The translations under genes were made by a program, and so were the position numbers. The notes below the pieces were generated by a model, which worked only from the letters and a program-made list of their open reading frames with translations, had not been told where the DNA came from and searched no databases. From contig OX597829.1 in assembly GCA_951406725.2 (NCBI GenBank), forward strand, positions 17,732,001-17,796,000: DNA of 64,000 nucleotides. Reading direction: 5' to 3'. This document shows positions 1 to 13,230 of this stretch, piece by piece. The stretch's first letter is position 1. Each line of letters opens with the position of its first letter. The DNA is from Octopus vulgaris. Its lineage: Eukaryota.

Positions 1-13
1 ATATATATACAAT

Positions 14-167
14 GTGGCTGTGTGAAAAGAAGCTTGCTTCCCAACCACATTGTTCCGAATTCAATCCCTCTGCGTGGCACCTTCGGCAAGTTTCTCCTAC
101 TATAGCCACGGGTCGACCAAACCTTTGTGAGTAGATTTGGTTGACGAAAACTGAGGGAAGCCCGTCG

Positions 168-252
<85 letters not shown>

Positions 253-489
253 GTGTGTGTGTATATATATATATGTGTGTGTGTATTTCTCCCCCTCCAC
301 CATCACTTGACAACCTGATGCTGGTGTGTTTATGACCCGTAACTGAGAGGCTCGGCAAAACAGGCCGATAGAATAAGTACTAGGTTTATAAAGAATAAGT
401 CCTGGGTGGGGGGCCATTTCTTCAACTAAAACTATTTAAGGTGATGCTCCAGCATGACCGCAGTCAAATGAATGAAAGAAGTAAAAGAT
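14..489 (+). mobile_element. SINE family A (tRNA-like head, internal (TA)n(TG)n microsatellite, LINE-like 3' tail)
   Basis: Head GTGGCTGTGTG...GTTCCGAATTCAATCCC; body AAACCTTTGTGAGTAGATTTGG...AAGCCCGTCG; microsatellite; tail GGTGATGCTCCAGCATGACCGCAGTCAAATG. More than 10 related copies occur in the window. Confidence 0.85.
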
Positions 490-547
490 ATGTATACATA
501 TATGTGCATCCGTGTGTGTGTGTGTATGTGTGTGTGTGTGTGTGCGT

Positions 548-579
<32 letters not shown>

Positions 580-767
580 GAGTCTTCTGTTTCCTTAATC
601 GATTATCATCTCAACTAACACTGCAGAACTCCGGAAGTAGATCCCACAGAAACACACTCCAACTGCGGATGACACCAGGTAGCCCAAACCATACCAGTGC
701 TCTACTCAGTACTTCAACACACTAATTGACATGTACCCATTAGTTAAAAAATTACACACACAGAGGT

Positions 768-801
<34 letters not shown>

Positions 802-1032
802 ACACACATCTATCTGTCTCTCTGTCAAAATTTCATAAAAGAATAAATTCACATTTTCGAAGTTTCTAATTTATAACAGCTTCAACAACACAGAATTCTT
901 GAATAATTTTTTTTTTTTAATGAATAAATGAATTTGAAAGATTGCTTCGGTATAATAGGACTGCTTTGGTCAGCTGGTAAAAATGAGTAACCCTTCGACA
1001 GATCGGTGACCTGTCTAGTGGGGAAGATATAT

Positions 1033-1064
<32 letters not shown>

Positions 1065-1790
1065 ATTTGGCTCAAAAGCAAATAGCAAGGCCATGTAGGG
1101 GGACATGGAGTTAAGTACAGGGTGGTGTTCATGTAAAGAGTTCAGGCCACTTGAGGTCAAGGGAGGCTTTGAACAAAGCGGTCGTCGGCATCTTCACCAT
1201 CTCGTCTGGCAGCTTGTTCCACGGATCCGCAACCCGGACGGAGAAATCTCCTCTCCTTCGATTGAGATGAAATCGTCGCAGGTAGAGCTTTTCGGAATGA
1301 CCCCGCAGCCGACGCTCTGGAGCAGGAGTGAAGAACAGCTCTTTCGAGAGGTTACACTTTCTGCTTATGATGCTATGGGCGAGAATGAGATCACCACGGC
1401 GTCGTCGTTTTTCTAGAGAATAAAGGTCGAGCGTCTTCAGCCTTCCTTCATAAGACAAATTCTTGAGACCAAGAACCATGCGGGTAGCCAGCTTCTAGAC
1501 TCTTTCGAGATGCTGCATGTCTTTGAGGAGATAAGGAGAAGAGGCTTGAATCCCGTATTCCAATATGGGTCTCACCAGCGTGACATAGAGTGGTAGGAAT
1601 ATGGCTGCTGTGAGCATTCCGAATGACCGTCGAATCAAGAATAGAATTCCGCGTGCTTTGTTGGCAGCATGGACGCACTGGGCCGAAGGCGAAAAGGAGG
1701 AATCCACCAAGATACCCAGGTCCTTTACCTGATCGGTCCTCTCCAGCAGCAGACGACCCGGCTCGAAATCAAGTTGAGTTGCAGGAGGCA
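1033..1790 (-). mobile_element. CR1-type LINE, 5'-truncated 3' end (C-terminal part of RT ORF2) with (TAAC)n tail
   Basis: Translation VKDLGILVDSSFSPSAQC..AANKARGILFLIRRSF..LYVTLVRPILEYG..LERV*KLATRMV..LSYEGRLKTLDLYSLEKRRRRGDLI..RGHSEKL..FSVRVADPWNKLP..FKASLD is in one frame with a single stop. The tail reads GTTAGTTAG... at 1033-1065. Confidence 0.92.
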
Positions 1791-2182
1791 CTACAGAATC
1801 CGGAAAACCAGCCTTATTGGAAGCCATTTGGACTTTTTTTAAATTTGTGTAACTGACGAATTTTTTGCATTACATTTCTCATAATATCGTTCTCTCATTT
1901 CATCTATTGGTTGAAATACCAGTTTTATTGTATTCTGTCGATTCATTTACCGAATGGATTTACATGTGAATGAAACTGTATACTATTTGAAGTACAGATA
2001 CTCTTCAAGTGTTTCAACGAATAAGATGTGGCTGTAATTTCCATTCTAAAAGTTTGTCTAAAAACAGGATTATCTAACTACTAAGATGAAAATTTCTTCA
2101 TGTCAGTATGACAAATTTTGGTACGGATCTGTTTTCGAAATTCCTTTTAATTTGTCAAATGCCTTCCAGTTTGTCCATTACA

Positions 2183-2443
2183 ATCTCTCTATATATAAAC
2201 GGCAAAATGTGTGTGTGTGCGTGTCCTTTATGCAAATCCACAATTTTTCAGTTAAAGGACTCGCATATTCTATGGTCATTCAAAACCGTCCAAGGGTGGT
2301 CGTGCATACGTCAATTGAATGCTAGCTAGCTGTATGTGATTGGTCGGAGATTTAGACAGTACTCGCGTGTATGTGCGCACGCACGCAGCTGTATATGCAT
2401 GCACTAGCACTATGACCCGGCAACGCCGGATCATAGTGCTAAT
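2183..2443 (+). mobile_element. Putative non-autonomous Helitron-like element
   Basis: Starts A|TCTCTCTATATATAAACGGC followed by a short (TG)n. It ends in a GC-cored hairpin CCGGC-AAC-GCCGG followed by GTGCTA(A)T, resembling the CTAG/T terminus. Confidence 0.6.
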
Positions 2444-2939
2444 CAGTATATATATAACATTATCTTGGCATATTTCTTATACTAATAATGAGTTACCTCC
2501 CTGATTGCTGAACTGAATGCGGCGAAAGCAAGTGAGAAAGACGGACAAATGAATATTCCATTCTCTGCTTATAAATCATTTATTTATAAGTACAGCAAAA
2601 CGCTCTCATTGGCCACAATTATTTTCTTTTGTATTTAGTATTTGCCAAAGTACCCTGGGTGGCTTTATTATTGAGCAGTTGTTTACATACGTAGAGGCAT
2701 ACATGAACGCGCACATCGAACATTAATCTGTTTTGTATTGATTTTTTTGTTTCGTTTTATTTATTTTTTTTCATTTAATTTTGTTTCAAGAAAATATTCA
2801 TTACACAAATGTAAAACAAATTTCCGTGGGAAGTGTATACGGGCGTGTCACAGAGAAAAATGCAAATAAACATTTAACTGACACTCAAACAATACTCACA
2901 TGTATGGAACTCTTGACGAATTATCTCGAATCCCCTTTA

Positions 2940-3400
2940 TATGCGCGTGTGTGTGTGTAAGCACTGCGTGCGCGTGTTCATGTGTTTGCGTACATGTATG
3001 TATTCCTATATATATGTATATATATATATATATATATACCTATATGTGTGTATATATACTTGTGTATGCGTACGTGCGTTTACGTATGTAATGTATATGT
3101 ATGTATATATGTATATATATATATAAATATGTATGTATGTATATTTATGTGTATATATATATGTGTGTGTGCATGTGTGTATGTATATATATATATATAT
3201 GTATATATACATGTATATATGTATATGTATATGTATTTATATATGTGTGTGTATGTGTCTGTATATATATATGTGTATGTGTGTGTGTGTGTGTACATAT
3301 ATACATATATATACATATATACATACATACACACATTTAGGTATAGATACAAATACACATACGTATGTATGTATGCATGCATGCATGCATGCGTATAGGC
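2940..3400. repeat. Compound (TA)n/(TG)n/(CATA)n microsatellite
   Basis: Directly visible low-complexity tract. Confidence 0.95.
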
Positions 3401-3827
3401 GTATTATACACGTACGTAAATTCTGCAATGAACGTAAGATATTCAAGTGAATTGTCTCGACTGTCAATTGATATTCAATATACAAGCTTAAGACTTCCGC
3501 AGAACGATCAGCAGAAATTTTAGCTCCAACACACAATACTGCGCTCAGCTCGATATTCCCTGTAACCTGACTGTGACTTACCATTTCACTTTCTAATGTT
3601 TATTTATATGAATAATTGAATAAATAAACAGTAGTTTGGACATGACTGGCTACAACGCATAAGTCGTAGAGAGCCTTCCTGTTTGACATCTATTCTCTTC
3701 TGGAATATGGGTGGGTGTTCTTCATTTTCTGCAAACCCACCCGTTCGACATATTATCTTGCAATGCAAGTGCTTGTATTTATTTTATCGTCCAGCGTAAG
3801 AATGGGAGAAATGGTAATCTATATACA

Positions 3828-4464
<637 letters not shown>

Positions 4465-4774
4465 GCTTAGAGTTTGCCAAGAATGTTGTCGCTTATATCG
4501 ACTACTAATCTATAAACCGCCAATATGGAATTTCCAACTACATGGCCCAACTTTCAGAGGCTGTGATTATTTGACAACATTTAAGTTTTCAAGCGCCCGT
4601 CTTGACCCTTCTTTTCGGCCAGGACAGCTACTGTGTTATAAATAGCGAGGTGACGCAAAACGAATCGGACAAACAGCGACCACACTTGTTCACCGAAGAA
4701 ATCGCCGGAATTTGTTATAACAACTATGCATCATTAGTTATAGTATGCACTTTTTTCAAGGTAGCGGGTATTTA

Positions 4775-5120
4775 AACAGCAGATGGCCACCTGACCAGTG
4801 GAACGCGTCCAATCCACAAAAGTCGAAAGAGCAGACGCTCCAATCTAACCCGACGAGAGCAGAGGCAAGGCACGACGGACATAAGATAGATAATAAAGGC
4901 AATATAGCCGTTAGCCACCTTCGCACGATTCTCAAGATTTAGCTTCTTTTTTATCCATTTCCGGATGAAATTGGCCACCCTGCGCCCTACGACGTCCCTG
5001 TCCTTGCTTATCAGGAAATCTGAATCAAACCAAACTTAAGTCAAAGTTGCACTACATGGACCGACCTACCTGCACACCCTTCGACGTTTTCTGGTTAATT
5101 TTGGCAAGTTGTCACCGCCT
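4775..5120 (-). mobile_element. L1/Tx1-clade LINE ORF2 fragment (post-RT region), decayed
   Basis: Translation EAVT..AKINQKTSKGVQVG...WF...VANFIRKWIKKKLNLENRAKVANGYIAFIIY..VVP..RLERLLFRLLWIG matches the L1/Tx1 W..R.LS..GRA..AN pattern. Confidence 0.7.
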
Positions 5121-5541
5121 CACATGGTGATCTTATATCAAGATAAACAGCGCATGACTTTGCAGGTGGGGCCCAGATAGCATTTTCTTCGGTTTGAGTA
5201 GCCCATCCCGCTCAAGAAGTCTCTGAATAAGGTTTGTTTAAGGATGATGAACAAAACACACTCGTTTCCAGAGGTTAATTATTCCAACACCAAAGAATTC
5301 CTCTCAACTCATGGCTATGATGCTCCCCCCACTGCTTGTGATGAGAGATGCACATATCGTCAGCCACTAAGGGACATGGTCAACTGGTTAATTTCATGCA
5401 ACTGACAAGCAAATCTGCGGTATTGAGCAGAATATTTGCTGTAGCCCATCTTTTATACCAAGACAAAACAATGTACATGATAACACTTCCAATCAGTTAA
5501 GATCAAAGCCATGAACACCACTGGCTACTTTTGCATGAGGG

Positions 5542-5578
<37 letters not shown>

Positions 5579-5580
5579 GT
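5121..5580 (+). mobile_element. Unclassified interspersed repeat ending in an (ATT)n tail (probable non-LTR 3' UTR)
   Basis: Complex sequence abuts the LINE fragment and ends GCATGAGGGC-ATTATTATT..., the arrangement expected of a retroposon tail. No ORF is recognisable. Confidence 0.4.
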
Positions 5581-6299
5581 TGTTGTTGTTGTTGTTGTTG
5601 TCATTGTTATTATATTTCTTCTTCTTTTTCTTCTTCTTCTTCTTATTGCTGCTGTTGTTGTTGTTATATATATATATATATATTATAAAAATCTTGCAAA
5701 TTTTATTCAAAATAGTCACTTAGTAATACCATATTAATTGCATGAATTATTGGAGTATTTATAATTCAGCGAGAAGCAACAGACGTTAGGCTTTTCCCAA
5801 TGCTGTTTAGATTATTCCGAATACAGCTACTACACGAGAAAATCTCTAGAACGCTTTCGAGTTTTTACATTATCATCATCGGAAAAACATGGACTCCATT
5901 TCACTTGCTGAAGTCGAAAGAGAAAATTGCAAAGTACAAAAATGTGCGCTAATTGGTCGAGACAGAGAATAAATAGAGAATAAATAAATATTAGAGAATA
6001 AATATTTCAGAGATACAATCTGTTTGAAAAACAATATTTTGAATTAATGTTAACATGATGATACTTGTTCAAAACTTTAAAATATCATTTAATGAGAAAG
6101 ATTGTTTAAAACCTTACCGTATATAATTGTTTGTAGCTATTTTCATAATGTCCCCTGAACTGATTAAATAAATATTTTAACATTATATTAATCATGAATA
6201 ATTAACTTTTACTTGATTATCATAAATTGTGTGAGTCTGTGTGTTTGTGTGTGTGTGTGTGTGGTCATTTCATTTTTTTCATTTCATTTTTTTCATTTC

Positions 6300-6610
6300 A
6301 TTTTCATTTCATCTAGTTTCAGCTCACGAGCTGTGGCCATGCTGGGGCACCGCCATTTGGTGTTGCTACATGATTTTACTTCACGAATTCTTTTTAGCAA
6401 TTGTAATTTGGTGCATGAGAGAGTTTGATGCAGCTGCCCTCATCTGCACCTCCTGTCGTGAAGTTGGTTCATCTAGGACACCTGACAGGAAGAGGTCCAG
6501 CTTTATTTTGAAGACATCTGCATCCAACCCATACAGGTCTCTCAGGTTCTTCGGGAGGATACTGAAGAGATGTGGACCTCTGAAGCCCAGGCTATTGCAG
6601 TATCTTGTCG
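6300..6610 (-). mobile_element. CR1/L2-group LINE 3' end (family ending VPDEP...RAAASNSL)
   Basis: Near-identical to 32310-32697. Encodes SLGFRGPHLFSILPKNLRDLYGLDADVFKIKLDLFLSGVLDEPTSRQEVQMRAAASNSL. Confidence 0.85.
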
Positions 6611-6809
6611 GTGATTTATTTACTTATATCAAAATGAAATCTGTGATTCAGGAGGAATCCATATAAAACATTATATAGAATAGACTTTTAAGCTTGTATT
6701 TAGTGATTCTGGCACTTTATCGACTCCCTTAATCGAGTCTTCAAAAACAATTAACAACGTATTTGTTAAAAACTTTATTGTTATTTTTACAAAAGATAGT
6801 AGTAACATT

Positions 6810-7263
<454 letters not shown>

Positions 7264-7548
7264 AATTTTGCCCCATGTTGTGCCATTATTTTGATTAATT
7301 ACGGAATCACATCCCAACGAATTACATGTTAATCTTCAGAGGTTTACTTTTCAGAATTAACTCATAAACCAATCCCCTAAGGAGCAATCAATCAACTTTG
7401 GTTTAATGAGTTCTGTGTGAACAAATTTTAATTCAAGTCAATCGTTTCTCTTCCTTTTCTTTCTATGGAAGACTCAAATGGTAATATATTCACGATAACA
7501 TTTCGTTAAAAATAAATAAGTAAAAAACAACTTTGTTGTGCGAATATC

Positions 7549-7762
7549 TATTTCTTTATTACCCACAAGGGGCTAAACACAGAGGGGACAAACAAGGACA
7601 GACAAACGGATTATGTCGATTACATCGACCCCAGTGCGTAACTGGTACTTAATTTATCGACCCCGAAAGGATGAAAGGCATAGTCGACCTCGGCGGAATT
7701 TGAACTCATAACGTAACAGCAGCCGAAATACCGCTAAGCATTTCGCCCGGCGTGCCAGCTCG
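7549..7762 (-). mobile_element. SINE family B (tRNA-like head, core GCCTTTCATCCTTTCGGGGTCGATAAA, Meta-SINE-like)
   Basis: Reverse complement gives GAGCTGGCA...GAGTTCAAATTCC (box B)...GCCTTTCATCCTTTCGGGGTCGATAAATTAAGTACCAG...GTGGGTAATAAAGAAATA. About 12 copies occur in the window. Confidence 0.85.
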
Positions 7763-8540
7763 CAAATTTTAATTCATGTTAATCGTTTCTCTTCCTTTTC
7801 TTTCTATGGAAGACTCAAACGGTAATATATTCACGATAACATTTCGTTAAAAATAAATAAGTAAAAAAAAGAAAACTTTATTGTGCGAATATCATCCAAG
7901 TCTTGACGTTGTTGTTTTATACTGTAACAGTTCTTGTTAATGTTTAGTCCCAAGTCAGCGTTACCTGTACCGAGTTATAAGCCAAAGGCGTTCCAAACAT
8001 AACCATCTAGCCTTCGTGCGTGATTTCGCGTATAAAAACTACATCATGCTAGTTTTATAAGGTTTTAAGTGATGCTTTAAGAGAGATCTGACAATCCCTA
8101 GTTTCTTAATCTACGTAACCAATGGCTGACAAATGAATTTATGTCAACAGAATCTTACTTCCCTAAATATTTTCATAATCTTAAAATATTTTGGGGGTTT
8201 TTTTTAATAATATTTTTGTTGTTTTTGTAAAATCTCAGAAAATAATTAAAAATTCACAGTTTTTGTCAAATTATTTTGTTATATTTGTCTATCTATCCAA
8301 CTGTAAACATTTTAAATATTTCACTAACTTTTTGTTATAACTTGACAAAAGGGTACATTTTTTGCCCAAAATTGCTAAATTTGTTCCCAGTCTTCTGGAC
8401 AGGGGAAACCCCCTGTATTTTAGTAACGATGCTTTGACAAAAGGTCTGTATTTCTTCATACCTCCTTTTCTACGCCCTCCCTGCTTTGCATTTAGTTCAA
8501 CCTCCTCTGGCTTAATTGGGCCATTTTTATGAATTAGTCG

Positions 8541-8815
8541 TGAAGTCGCCTGGCTTAGTAATTAGGGAGTAAGGTCGGGAGGCTGATTCACGGCGGCGCG
8601 TTGTGTCCTTAAGCAAGACACTTTATTTCATATTACTCCTCTCCACTCAGCTGGCAAAAATGAGTTGTATCTGCAATTCAAATGGCCAACTTCATCACAT
8701 CCTGTGTCACGCTGATTCATCCCGAGAAATACGTTAAGCGTACGTGTGTTTGTAGAGTGCCCAGCTACGTGCATGTTAATTTCACGAGCAGGCCCTTCCA
8801 TCGTTGTTGTAACTG
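8541..8815 (+). mobile_element. SINE family D (tRNA-like head, V-SINE-like TGTGTCCTT-AGCAAGACACTT core), decayed
   Basis: TGGCTTAGT..GTTGTGTCCTTAAGCAAGACACTTTATTTC..CCACTCAGCTGGCAAAAATGAG. Homologous to 24101-24360. Confidence 0.7.
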
Positions 8816-9513
8816 AGTGACAGTTAGGGGGAAGCGGGCAGCGACTGTGATACTCTTTCCGGCATCTCCAAGTCTGACAGTGGGAATGTTTGAATTATTC
8901 CTTCGACTAGGAGGGCAATCACGAATATTTTGAACAGAATAGACTACAACATAGACACCCGAGTACCAAATAATAAATTTAAACCAGGAGATAGACTAAG
9001 TCTAACTCACAGAGACTAGGTCTGTCAGTTCAGCTGATCTACTTTCCCCAAAATATTTTCGACCAATTCTATATTCTGATCTCGTTTTGCTTTTCCTTGC
9101 TGGGAGTATTCATGAAATTATCCCCACTTTCCCATCTTGCCGTTTAGTAACATGTCTTGCCTGCATCAAACGGTTATGGTATCAAATAAATATAAGTATC
9201 ATAATAAATGTATTCATGTTTACTTACGGGTATTATAATATGAACCCTAATGAAAATCTGAGGAAAAAAATGAAGCCTTTCTCATATCCAACACTTTTCG
9301 AGTAAGATGGAAGTATTACAAAATAATCTAAAATATTCATTTCGATTTTGATATGCAGTTATCTAGGAAACTGTTACCTCATATATTCACTTTAGGTATC
9401 TTATTTTCTAATTACGAAAACAATTTCACATAACAAAACTGCAAGAGCTTCTACTGGGTCGTTTTAACCTTTTAAACATAGTAGCGAAATCTTCCTCGAA
9501 ACAGCATTTAAAA

Positions 9514-9561
<48 letters not shown>

Positions 9562-9753
9562 AAAAAGAAAGAAAGAAAGGAAAAAATGAAAGAAGGATGA
9601 ATATACAGGCGGAGACATGGCTGGGTGGTTAAAGCTAAAGCTTCGTAACCAGGTAGTTTTGGGTTCAGTTTTATTAGTTCAGCTGCTACAATGCTGGTTG
9701 ACTAATGCCATGTGGTGAGTTTGGCAGAAACAAAAACTATTTGCAAGCGATCC

Positions 9754-9818
<65 letters not shown>

Positions 9819-9970
9819 ATATCTATATATCTATCTATCTCTCTATATATCCATCCATTTATCTATCTATCTGTCCATCTGTTTGGCTGACTGACTGTCT
9901 GTCTGCCTGTCAATCTATCTATTTGTCTGTTTGTCTCTCTATCTAATCTATCCATATAAATAAATATATA

Positions 9971-10432
9971 TATAACTAATGTAGGATAAAATTTTTTTCG
10001 AAAGAAAAAGAAAATTTTTTTTTTTTTCCGAAAAAAAATTGATCCGACATTAGTTGTAAATTTAATAGTGTTCACTTCCCGATTCTCTCACTCTGTGAAA
10101 ATTTCTAGTTCGAATCACACGTGCCTCGAGATGTGCCGAAGATTTTCTATTTTAGATATATTTGGGGTACTTAGGTCTGCTCAAGACTTAGTGCTTGCTT
10201 TTTCCATGGGCATGAGTAAGTATTTCATTTATGTCTTACGTATTTATCGCTGACGAGGGGAAAATTCTTATGAATTAACCCCGAAATTGGGACCAATACG
10301 GTAATAACGGATTTTTTAGAAATTTATATCGGCTTGTTTCGAGACGCATAAACTATAATGGTTATTGACAATTTTGTCTTTTTTTCGGCATATTTGGCAT
10401 TAGAATTTTTCTTTTGCCCTTATCTTGTAAGT
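9971..10432 (+). mobile_element. Penelope-like terminal-repeat element with a palindrome and a hammerhead ribozyme
   Basis: Flanked by (TA)n on both sides; imperfect palindrome at 9971-10058; hammerhead at 10244-10304. Confidence 0.6.
10244..10304 (+). ncRNA. Type I hammerhead ribozyme, canonical core
   Basis: Stem I UUAUCG/CGGUAA; core CUGACGA (10250-10256); stem II GGGG/CCCC with inner AAUUC/GAAUU; GAAA (10283-10286); stem III AUUGG-ga-CCAAU; cleavage triplet AUA ending at 10298. Confidence 0.85.
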
Positions 10433-10433
10433 T

Positions 10434-10536
<103 letters not shown>

Positions 10537-10820
10537 TATATATATATATGCATGTGTGTGCATATGTGTATGCATGTATGTATGCATGAGTGTATGTCTA
10601 TGTATGCCTATGTGTGTTGACAACCGGTTCTGGTTTGCTTTCGAATCCAATAATTAGCAGTTCGGCAAAAAGAGCTTTATAGAATAGGTATGAACATTAA
10701 AAAGAATGAATTGAAAACATGAGGGTCTTTTGTTCGATAGAATATCCGGGTGGTTCTCCGGCATGGCTGCTGTCAAATAACTACAACAAATTAAAAGAAT
10801 AAAAGAATATTTCAGTAATG

Positions 10821-11193
10821 TAGGCCGTAGGAGTGGCTGTGTGGTAAGTAGCTTGCTTACGGACCACCGGGTTCAGTCCCACTGCGAGGCGCCTTGAGCA
10901 AGTGTCTTCTAGTGCCGACCAAAGCCTTGTGAGTGGATTTGGTAGACGGAAACTGAAAGAAGCCCGTCGTATATGAGTATATATATATGTGTGTGTATGT
11001 TTGTGTGTCTGTGTTTGTCCCCCCAACATCGCTTGACAACCGATGCGGGTGTGTTTACGTCCCCGTAACCTGGCGGTTCGGCAAAAGAGACCGATAGATT
11101 AAGTACTAGGCTTGCAAAGAATAAGCCCTTGCTCGACTAAAGGTGGTGCTCTAGCATGGCCACAGTCAAATGACTGAAACAAGTAAAAGAGTA
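10821..11193 (+). mobile_element. SINE family A, near full length
   Basis: Head GGAGTGGCTGTGTGGTAAG...GGGTTCAGTCCC, internal microsatellite, tail AGCATGGCCACAGTCAAATGACTGAAACAAGTAAAAGAG. Confidence 0.9.
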
Positions 11194-11519
11194 GATCCAA
11201 TGCGTTCAATAAAAAGTCTGTTGCATCAAAATTATCTTGAGTCTACAGAACAATAAATATAATCTTTGGAAAAATAAGCTAATGAAAATGTACGCAATGG
11301 TTAAAGTTCCTTGGTCAAAAACTGTAGGACTGGTTAAAGCTTGCAATTAATCTAGTAGGAAATACTCTGTGCACCTTCTTTATGCTTTGACATATAATTC
11401 AAAATTCCAATCTTCCATTCAACAGCTGACTAAAATAATTTTCATTTATATGATTTTAAATAGTTTTAAATTACGTTCTTCTGCAAGAAAAAAGAAATCA
11501 AAAATAAATATTTTTTTGT

Positions 11520-12185
11520 CTTTTACTTGCTCCACTCATTAGGCCGCGGCCATGCTGGGGCACTGCCTTGAAGTTTAAGTCGAGTGAATCAACCCCCAGT
11601 AGTTCTTTTTTAAGCCTGGTTCTAATTCTATGTCTCTTTTGCCGAATGGTTGGATGGATTCTGAGAACCTTAAAAACAAGGTCCAGAAAACTATACTGGT
11701 TCTATGGAGGACATTTGCCCTCAGCCGCCTGCACTTATCATCTTAACTGTGGTCGTACCACTGTGAAATTAAGAACTGAACTTGGGACAGTTCAGCGCTG
11801 ATACACCAGGAAGATTGCTCCGATTCTAATAGCTGAACTACTGGAAGAGAGTGAAAGGGCTACGAGTCTACTCCTTGGAGCGAAGACGGGGAGAGGTATG
11901 CATGGAAGATCCTGGAGGAACAGGTATCAAATTTTGTCACGCGGTGGTGGAGGTGGGGGACAAACACAAACAGAAAGACACTTACACACATAGATATACA
12001 TACATACACAAACACATATATTTATATACGATGAGCTTCTTTCAGTTTCCGTCAACCAAATCCACTCATAAGGCTTTGGTCGGCCCGAGGTTATAGTAGA
12101 AGACACTTGACCAAGGTGTCACGCAGTTGGAGTAAACCCAGGACCATGTGGTTGGGAAGCAAGCTTCTTACCACATAGCCACGCA
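11520..12185 (-). mobile_element. SINE family A copy split by a LINE fragment
   Basis: The 3' half is at 11520-11645 and the 5' half at 11935-12185 (reverse complement of family A). Confidence 0.75.
11660..11930 (+). mobile_element. CR1/L2-group LINE ORF2 fragment, decayed
   Basis: Translation PETILVLWRTFALSRL..LWS..ELGTVQR*YTRKI..NYWKRVKGLRVYSLERRR..WKILE. Confidence 0.75.
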
Positions 12186-12654
12186 GAGAAACATTTGCTT
12201 TCGATTTCATTTGATTTCGAAAGTGTTTTCTGTATAGTTTTACATTTGAATCATATCGCATTTGCTCATCCATATATGAGTATTAATGAAGTATGTGTGT
12301 ACGTTATCGTAACTCATACAAAATAGATTTAAAAGAAGGCCTAAGAAAGGAGGAATCTTGCTTTTTCATTTTTTCTTGCAAAGTCCTTAATGGTTTGTGA
12401 AATTTTAACGAACACGTGTATTTTAAACAGAATGTATGAAAGAAGATATTGTAAAATCTTAGATGGCAGAGCATCTAAAACCTATTAAAGTGACGATGTA
12501 CAAATGTGGCCAGCGGTTTCTCACGTCTCTATTACAATGTCGTATAAGAAAGATTCGATCTTTTCTCTCTATGTTGAGTTTAAAGAAATCATTGCAATTT
12601 CTTTCTCCTTCCATTCTCTCTCTTTTTCCTTTGTCCCTCTTTTTCTCTCTATCT

Positions 12655-12975
<321 letters not shown>

Positions 12976-13230
12976 GCTGTCCACTCTTCACCGAGGAAGA
13001 CCATTGCTGACCTTCAGGAAAATTGTGCGTTCTAGGATTAACTTATATTTTGCATTTGCGGCTCCGTTGGTGACTAAAGAACATACACGACTACAAACAT
13101 TGCAAACCAAGCTTTCCCCATTCACTACACTAGCAGTGCAGTTTCAAGCAGCACGCTCAAAATTCCTCATGCAGAATACGTGCTCTCTCAAATGTACTGA
13201 CCTGCTCCTTAAGCTGCTACCTCCATCTGT

